A stretch of 64,000 nucleotides of DNA, from contig CAVQMO010000010.1 in NCBI GenBank assembly GCA_963713605.1, positions 928,001 through 992,000 on the forward strand. The letters run 5' to 3'. Position numbers and translations under genes: made by a program. The notes beneath the pieces are model-generated. The model was not told where the DNA came from. It was given only the letters and a program-made list of their open reading frames with translations, and made no database searches. The DNA comes from an uncultured Nitrososphaerales archaeon (GTDB lineage: Archaea > Thermoproteota > Nitrososphaeria > Nitrososphaerales > Nitrososphaeraceae). This document shows positions 58,044 through 64,000 of this stretch, piece by piece (the stretch's first letter is position 1; every line of letters begins with the position of its first letter).

Positions 58044-58688
58044 ATGGCACAGGTTAACTGGTACATCGAAGGGGCCGAGTTCAGCAATTGCAACTGCGAC
58101 TACGCCTGTCCTTGTCAGTTCGAGTCACGCCACCCCACTCACGGAGACTGTCGCGGCTTCGCGGGCGTTCGCATCGATAAGGGCCACTTTGGAGACGTGG
58201 CGCTCGATGGCCTCGGCGCAGCCCTTCTCTACGCCTGGCCGGGACCGATCTACGAGGGCAACGGTGAGATTCAGGCCGTCATCGATGAGCGGGCGGACGG
58301 CAAGCAACGAGACGCTCTTGCTACCGTCCTGTACGGTGGCGAGACCAACGAGGGGGCGACCCATTGGTGGGTCTATCGGATGATGTCAAGCACCGTCCAT
58401 CCCCCGCTTTTCAAACACATCGAGTTTGACGTGAATATCGAGCGCCGAAAAGCACGCATCGTGATCCCCGACGTGCTCGAGTCCACCGCCCGTCCGATCC
58501 GAAGCCCTGCGACGGGGGCTGAGCATCGCGTCCGCATCAACCTCCCAAATGGGATCGAGTTCGACCTCGCGGAGATCGGCAGCGGTACCACCAAGACGAT
58601 GGCCTCAATTGCCCTCGACCTCAAGGACACCTATTTTCATTTTACTGTTCTGCGACAGTCGGGCAAGGGGGTGGTCCGCTCACGATAG
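58044..58688 (+). CDS. DUF1326 domain protein, bacterial-like GC-rich gene
   Basis: NCNCDYACPC, PTHGDC, GHFGDVALDGL, WPGPIYEGNG; GGAGG at 58034-58038. Confidence 0.9.
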   Translation: MAQVNWYIEGAEFSNCNCDYACPCQFESRHPTHGDCRGFAGVRIDKGHFGDVALDGLGAALLYAWPGPIYEGNGEIQAVIDERADGKQRDALATVLYGGETNEGATHWWVYRMMSSTVHPPLFKHIEFDVNIERRKARIVIPDVLESTARPIRSPATGAEHRVRINLPNGIEFDLAEIGSGTTKTMASIALDLKDTYFHFTVLRQSGKGVVRSR

Positions 58689-58761
58689 AATCCAACCGTC
58701 TCCAACTCCAGTTCAAAAATAAAACTATTATCTTATCAAGTTCTTTCATTTAACCAAGAAC

Positions 58762-59649
58762 TTGCAGTATTATATAGGGTGTTCTGGATGGTCTTATTCA
58801 TCTTGGCAAGGACCATTCTATCCAAAGAGTATTGAAAATTCTAAATGGTTAAAATATTATTCGAAGGTCTTTAATTATGTTGAAATAGACTCATCATTCT
58901 ATAGAATTCCGAATGAATTCATGGTCAAGAATTGGTATAATCGGACCCCTGAAAACTTTCGATTCACTGCAAAATTCCCTAAAATTATAACACACGACAA
59001 AAGACTGTCAGATTTCGATGGGGATCAACTACGTTATTTCTTTAACTCTATCTCCGAATTAAAGGAAAAATTACTGGCATTACTAATTCAGTTACCACCC
59101 TCAATAGATATTGTTGAAGGTCTTGATGCTCTCAGAAATATCCTTCCTTATCTTGATAAAGGTTTCAGATATGCAGTAGAAGTAAGACATAGATCATGGT
59201 TTCAGGATCTTGCATACAATTTCTTCAGGAACAATCAGATGTGTCTTGTCTGGAGTCAACTCGCAGATATTCGAACACCTCCAATAGTTACTTCGGATTT
59301 TATTTATGTTAGGTTAATTGGAGATAGAAGTATACAGGAAAAAGATTTTGGGCGAATCCAAATTGACAGGATTAAGGAAATGAAGAAAGTTGCGCGCAAC
59401 TTCACAGATGATACCGATCGAGGAAATATGTCTGGTGTAAAATTTTCAATCGTCGCCGCGAATAATCATTACGCCGGCTTTGGTCCTGGCACAGTAAACA
59501 TATTCAGACAATTAATAGGCATGCAGGAGGTGAAATGGGGGGATGAATTTATCACAACTAATGATCTGGAAAAGGGCAATCACGAAGGTGTGAACAGACG
59601 CCGCACTATTAAGACTAAACAAACGAGTATGTCTGACTTTCTAAACTGA
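58762..59649 (+). CDS. DUF72 (YecE-like TIM barrel) protein
   Basis: IGCSGWSY, VEIDSSFYRIP, ITH, QLPPS, AVEVRH, YVRLIG, NNHYAG. Confidence 0.9.
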   Translation: MQYYIGCSGWSYSSWQGPFYPKSIENSKWLKYYSKVFNYVEIDSSFYRIPNEFMVKNWYNRTPENFRFTAKFPKIITHDKRLSDFDGDQLRYFFNSISELKEKLLALLIQLPPSIDIVEGLDALRNILPYLDKGFRYAVEVRHRSWFQDLAYNFFRNNQMCLVWSQLADIRTPPIVTSDFIYVRLIGDRSIQEKDFGRIQIDRIKEMKKVARNFTDDTDRGNMSGVKFSIVAANNHYAGFGPGTVNIFRQLIGMQEVKWGDEFITTNDLEKGNHEGVNRRRTIKTKQTSMSDFLN

Positions 59650-60363
59650 ATATTAAGAGGACACTGTTATTGATGACAACGTAACCAATGATGGTGATTT
59701 TGAGGAGGAGGAAGAATTTAGTGAAGGCAATGACCTTGTTTCCAGATGAAACAAGTTATTTTTGAACCCTAGCAAGCCTTAATGGGATTCTTCTTGTTTG
59801 AAACATGAGCTTTTTCTATCATGTTGATCTTCAGTAAAGTAAAGAATGAAATTATGCTGCAATTGCTGTGTACCTCATGATAGTTCACATTCCATGTCGA
59901 GTTATTTCTTGTGGAAAGTGTTTCTTATTGATATTTGCTTGGAAGTAGTAGGCAGACACCATTAAACCCCCACCATGGTATATATCGGAGATATTGGCAG
60001 CTGTAGTTGCCTTAAAATTCTGGATCGGATATCGCCGCCAAAAGAAGTCCTGGAAGATCAACTCAGAATATCACTTGATATCTAATTGAAGATGAGGAAA
60101 TAGACAGGTCGAAAATAATTAGGCGTTACAGTAGAAGGGTTGCAAAAATCTGGCGAGACATGAATATTGATGGACACGAGGTAACCTCTGAGCAATCTCT
60201 ACTACAGGTAGTCATGTGAAGACAACTAAACTGTATCAATTCATTTATTCTTGTAGAGGAGAGTGTCGTCAAAATCTGTTGATATGTCTCCATTTTATAA
60301 GGCATCATTCTCTCTATCTATCACCGAATCCCAGGTTGACAATAACCTTTTATTGTTAGATCT

Positions 60364-60669
60364 CTAATAATCATCATAATCAGTTCTTGTTGCCCGCTCC
60401 TTCTCTTCCACTTTTTTGAAATACCTAATATCGTCCTCCAACTCTTTTGTCGGGTTGGAAGAGTTTTCCGAGCGAACCTTATCATTTTCTTCCATCATTC
60501 TGTCTACAAGATGTACTCGCCATGCCTTGTAGAAGTGTAGGGCCTGCGATTCTTTAAGGTCAGGGACAGGTACAAATCGAGATGCGTCTATTTTTCCGTC
60601 GTTGATTTCATTTTCGATAAATTGGATGCACTTTGATACCATCATGGTGTCAATTTCTCTCCATTCCAT
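60364..60669 (-). CDS. Hypothetical protein
   Basis: 101-aa charged ORF with ATG start. Confidence 0.5.
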   Translation of the reverse strand: MEWREIDTMMVSKCIQFIENEINDGKIDASRFVPVPDLKESQALHFYKAWRVHLVDRMMEENDKVRSENSSNPTKELEDDIRYFKKVEEKERATRTDYDDY

Positions 60670-61036
60670 TTCATTATCTTTCCTTTCTCTAAAAAGTTCT
60701 AGTCATCCTGTATTAATCTATTGATGGTTACATTATCGGAAGGGAACCATTTAAGTCATGAGTGGTAGTCGAGTAAAGTCTACATATGATACTTTTTAAT
60801 CGCATTGATTGCGATATTTACAGTGTCTTTTCAGATACACAAAGTTGATTCAACACTCTTTATTCGATATTCTAATAGGACAACGGATCCAGCTGTTTCA
60901 GACGTTTGTCACATATTCTCGAACTTTTTCAATGCCGCATGTATTTCCTCAGCAATGTCCTTGGAAACAATCGCCTCTAGTATGGCACGGTTCCTCTCCT
61001 CTCATAAATTGATTGCCGTGAATCTCGGATTTTTCG

Positions 61037-62348
61037 TTATTGTAAGAGAAGAAAAGGAATTGCAAGATCTATCATTTCTTGTGGTGAAAAATCGCTATGA
61101 TCACAACCGCATAATATCACCAGGCCTATTTGCATGCTGGGATTAAATCCTATTATGCTAGTATATCCGTCGATTGAACCGGTATGTGAAATAACCTCTT
61201 TCCCAAAATCCGTCGTCACTGTCCACCCTAAACCTATGTAGTCTTTAAGCGATTTATAATTAGAAGATTGTCCAAACGAGTGTCTTATTTGGTGGGTTTC
61301 ATGCATTGCGTCATTAATTTTAGTTTCTATCAATCCCATGTTTGCTGACAGATACTTTAGCAAGTCATTGGTTGTAGAATACATTGCGCCCGCCGACTGA
61401 ATTGTTTCTGGTATAAACTCCAGATTGATTTCTTTGCCTGCGATATGGCCTTTAGCAAATCTAGATTTGATATCCTCAGGAACTGATATTCCTGTTGCAT
61501 TCATACGCATACCGGTACTATCCATGGCAAGAACATCAAGAATTCTATCCTTTACTAGTTGATCAAATGAAACACCGGCCCTTAGAGATAAAATATGACC
61601 TAAAAGACCCATCCCTATGTCAGAGTAATTTGCTTTAGTCCCGGGTTCATTTGATAGAGTTGCATTTGAAAGAAAGTCATAGACCTGTTGAGTGGTGTAA
61701 CTGTTGTTTCTAATCCAGCCCACTGGGAAATCGGGCAAACCTGAAGTGTGAGTTGCCAAATCCTCAAGTGTTATTTTGTGTCCAGTGTAAGAGGGGACCG
61801 TTACATTGTCGGTTGGAAGATATTTTTCGATGGGATCATCTAGACTGACCAAGCCTTGTTTTACCATGTCTGCCAAAATAATTGTTACAAATGTTTTTGA
61901 TATGGATGCTATGTCAAACACAATATCACCATCAACCTTCGTATTATTTGAACTTGAAATGTTCCCGAATCCAGAAACCTGAGTTCCATTTGTAGTTACA
62001 ATGCCCACAACAATGGGGATGGAGGAATTGGACATAGCAACATTGACTGGATGATTTATTTGATGGTTGGTTAAATACTATTTCCTTGAACTGTTCCAAT
62101 AATGAATTTGATATTTCATGGTTAGAAGAACAATTGGAATTATTCGTAATGGAAGTCTGTTGCTGACTGTATGCCAATTGAAATTCATTTTGAATAAAAT
62201 CGTTACAGAAAATAGAAAAGGACAACATGAGCAAAGCCAATAAAAATATATCTAAAGATAGTTTTCCGTAAATCAAATATCCTTGGCATCTCTTTTTTCG
62301 TATAAAAGCGTTTATCATTTTGTACCTTAAGAAACCCCTTTTCATCAA
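61037..62348 (-). CDS. Secreted serine hydrolase, class C beta-lactamase family; frameshift near 62045
   Basis: FDIASISK (SxxK), LATHTSGL, NYSD, HTG; signal region in the 61944-62348 ORF. Confidence 0.85.
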
Positions 62349-62389
62349 TAGGTAAAATAATCATAATATATCGACAAAACAAACTAGTC

Positions 62390-62434
62390 GAACCCAAAGT
62401 TTAGGTCAAAAATGGTTTACACACCCTTAAGCTC
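62390..62434 (+). repeat. Copy of the 45-bp dispersed repeat
   Basis: GAACCCAAAGTTTAGGTCAAAAATGGTTTACACACCCTTAAGCTC. Confidence 0.7.
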
Positions 62435-62489
62435 AAGTTTGGTTTTTATCTCAATTGATAAGAGCATGTCCTACCCATGTTCATTCCAG

Positions 62490-62732
62490 AAAACCAACTG
62501 GAGTGGTGCTTGTGATGCGGAAGCGAAATTGGCTAAACCCACGTTGGTTATAACTGGAACAGACGATAATGACTACATGCCCCATGGAAATGCTTTAATT
62601 CTTGCAAGCAAAATTCCAGGAGCCTGGCTCGTACAGATGAAAGATGCTGGTCATGCAGTAATGAATCAATACCCGGCTGAGATTGGTAAGATATTAAATA
62701 CATTTCTATCGACTACTAGCCCAAACAATTGA
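62490..62732 (+). pseudogene. C-terminal fragment of an alpha/beta hydrolase
   Basis: KPTLVITGTDD...LASKIPGAWLVQMKDAGHAVMNQYP. Confidence 0.7.
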
Positions 62733-62861
62733 ATCATCCATTGAATGAAGAATGAACTGAATTTGGGATCTAGCTACGAAATGATTCTATACACTGAAAC
62801 ATTCTTCTAGGCAGGATATCTCCCATACTGGTTATGAGCCCCCTTTACCTACGGGAATCTA

Positions 62862-62906
62862 ACCCATTTTGGGCCCACCTTAAGTGGGTTGAAAAGGTTT
62901 ATAGCT
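62862..62906 (+). repeat. Right-hand part of the 4238-4313 repeat
   Basis: TTGGGCCCACCTTAAGTGGGTTGAAAAGGTTTATAGCT versus TTGGGCCCACTTTAAAGTGGGTTCAATACGTTTATAGCT. Confidence 0.7.
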
Positions 62907-63015
62907 TTGTCAATCCATCACAAATGCGGGTTTATAGGCAAGATATTTCAACTGATGTTAACTGGCAATTCTTATCGCATTCACCGGTCTCTCGAGTTAC
63001 AATATAGTATCCACT

Positions 63016-63486
63016 TCATTGTAGACCAAGAGCATCTTTCAGATCTATTTCGTGATCCTGTTCTTGTCTAATAATATCACTTAATGCTTCAGAAAGGGCA
63101 AATTCGCCTGATCTTTCAGCCTGTCGTATTCTCTCCCTATAGTTCTTGATAGTCTCTTGTTCAGCTTTGAGATCCAATTCAAGCATTGTCTTTGAATCCT
63201 CCGAATACTCTGCCACCTTGCTTTTCATAGTTGGGTCTCCGCCAAGATAGTCGATCTGCCTGGCTATTTCAAGTGCATGTGAAAGCTCCTGTGAAGCGTG
63301 CTTTTTTAACTGTCCTGCTATATCTCCATATTCCGCACCCTTCAGTGTAGAACTATAGACTACGTATTGAATAATCGCCTTGTATTCTCTTGCTAGATCT
63401 TCATTTAAGCCTTTAATTATTTCGTCCCTGTTTGAAGATGAACCTTGTTCTCCCGCATCAGCTGCTTCATAATTGCTATTTGACAT
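63016..63486 (-). CDS. Ferritin-like protein, close paralog of 36406-36873
   Basis: Near-identical core, e.g. IIKGLNEDLAREYKAIIQYVVYSSTLKGAEY. Confidence 0.85.
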   Translation of the reverse strand: MSNSNYEAADAGEQGSSSNRDEIIKGLNEDLAREYKAIIQYVVYSSTLKGAEYGDIAGQLKKHASQELSHALEIARQIDYLGGDPTMKSKVAEYSEDSKTMLELDLKAEQETIKNYRERIRQAERSGEFALSEALSDIIRQEQDHEIDLKDALGLQ

Positions 63487-63624
63487 CTAATTTTCCCATT
63501 ATTTAGATATGCAATATGAGGTATAAGAATATCATTCAAACATAGCGATAAAAGTAAAAGGCATTTGAGAAGAGTTAGAAGTCTGTACATTGTCATTCCA
63601 ATAGATGTAACCAAAGTAAGATTT

Positions 63625-63840
63625 TCAAATATTCCAACTGATAGAATTTGATCTTTTTTGCAAGAATGATATCAGGGTTAATAGTGGAGGAGCACCACAA
63701 ATCTTGACTACATCAATAAACGGAGAAATAATCTCAAAGTTTTCTCTATCTAATCCTTGTAATTTATATTTAATATAGGTTAGCCCTTCTTTTCTAGGCT
63801 TTACGTTATCTACCCTTTCTTTAATGGAATCATGAAGCAA
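63625..63840 (-). pseudogene. N-terminal fragment of a phosphosulfolactate synthase (ComA)-like gene
   Basis: KPRKEGLTYI...ISPFIDVVKI. Confidence 0.55.
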
Positions 63841-64000
63841 TATTACGATTCTGAATTATGCAAAATGTACATATATTGAAGTTATGACATACGCAGAAAA
63901 AATCAGATGTATTAAGTCTATGCAGATAAATCAGATTTATTGCATAATAATAGCTGACATACGGTAATTTTTCGATTTGTTATTTCGACGACATGTCGCC

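Noticed and set aside
2500..63997. Recurrent palindrome GACATGTC (2500, 23978, 28406, 28589, 41336, 41716, 63990)
   Set aside because: Only 8 bp; two hits belong to one repeat and one is in a CDS, with no consistent position relative to genes.

Overview
AT-rich, low-coding-density accessory region. Gene content points to a soil ammonia-oxidising archaeon of the family Nitrososphaeraceae; this is inferred from gene families, not from a marker gene. Recognisable genes are mostly redox, stress and detoxification functions: VOC/ring-cleaving dioxygenases, an MhqD-like esterase, three Rieske proteins, an F420-dependent LLM oxidoreductase, an SDR, a Zn-MDR, two ferritin-like genes, a DipZ-like redoxin, a cNMP-domain FAD oxidoreductase, a DUF892-adenylate cyclase fusion, alpha/beta hydrolases, a class C beta-lactamase-like hydrolase and a repeat-rich secreted CAP protein. 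Many genes carry single-base indels that look like long-read errors, and the gaps between genes hold many short fragments of unrelated genes. The most striking unexplained structure is a co-oriented (+ strand) set of relics of a terminase-encoding element: three separate ~100-bp 3' ends of a TerL-like gene, one TerL nuclease-domain segment, one TerS-like tail and two copies of a C2H2 zinc-finger tail. Four copies of a ~45-bp non-coding repeat share this orientation. No rRNA, intact tRNA, CRISPR array or transposase was recognised. All family assignments come from reading motifs, not from database searches.
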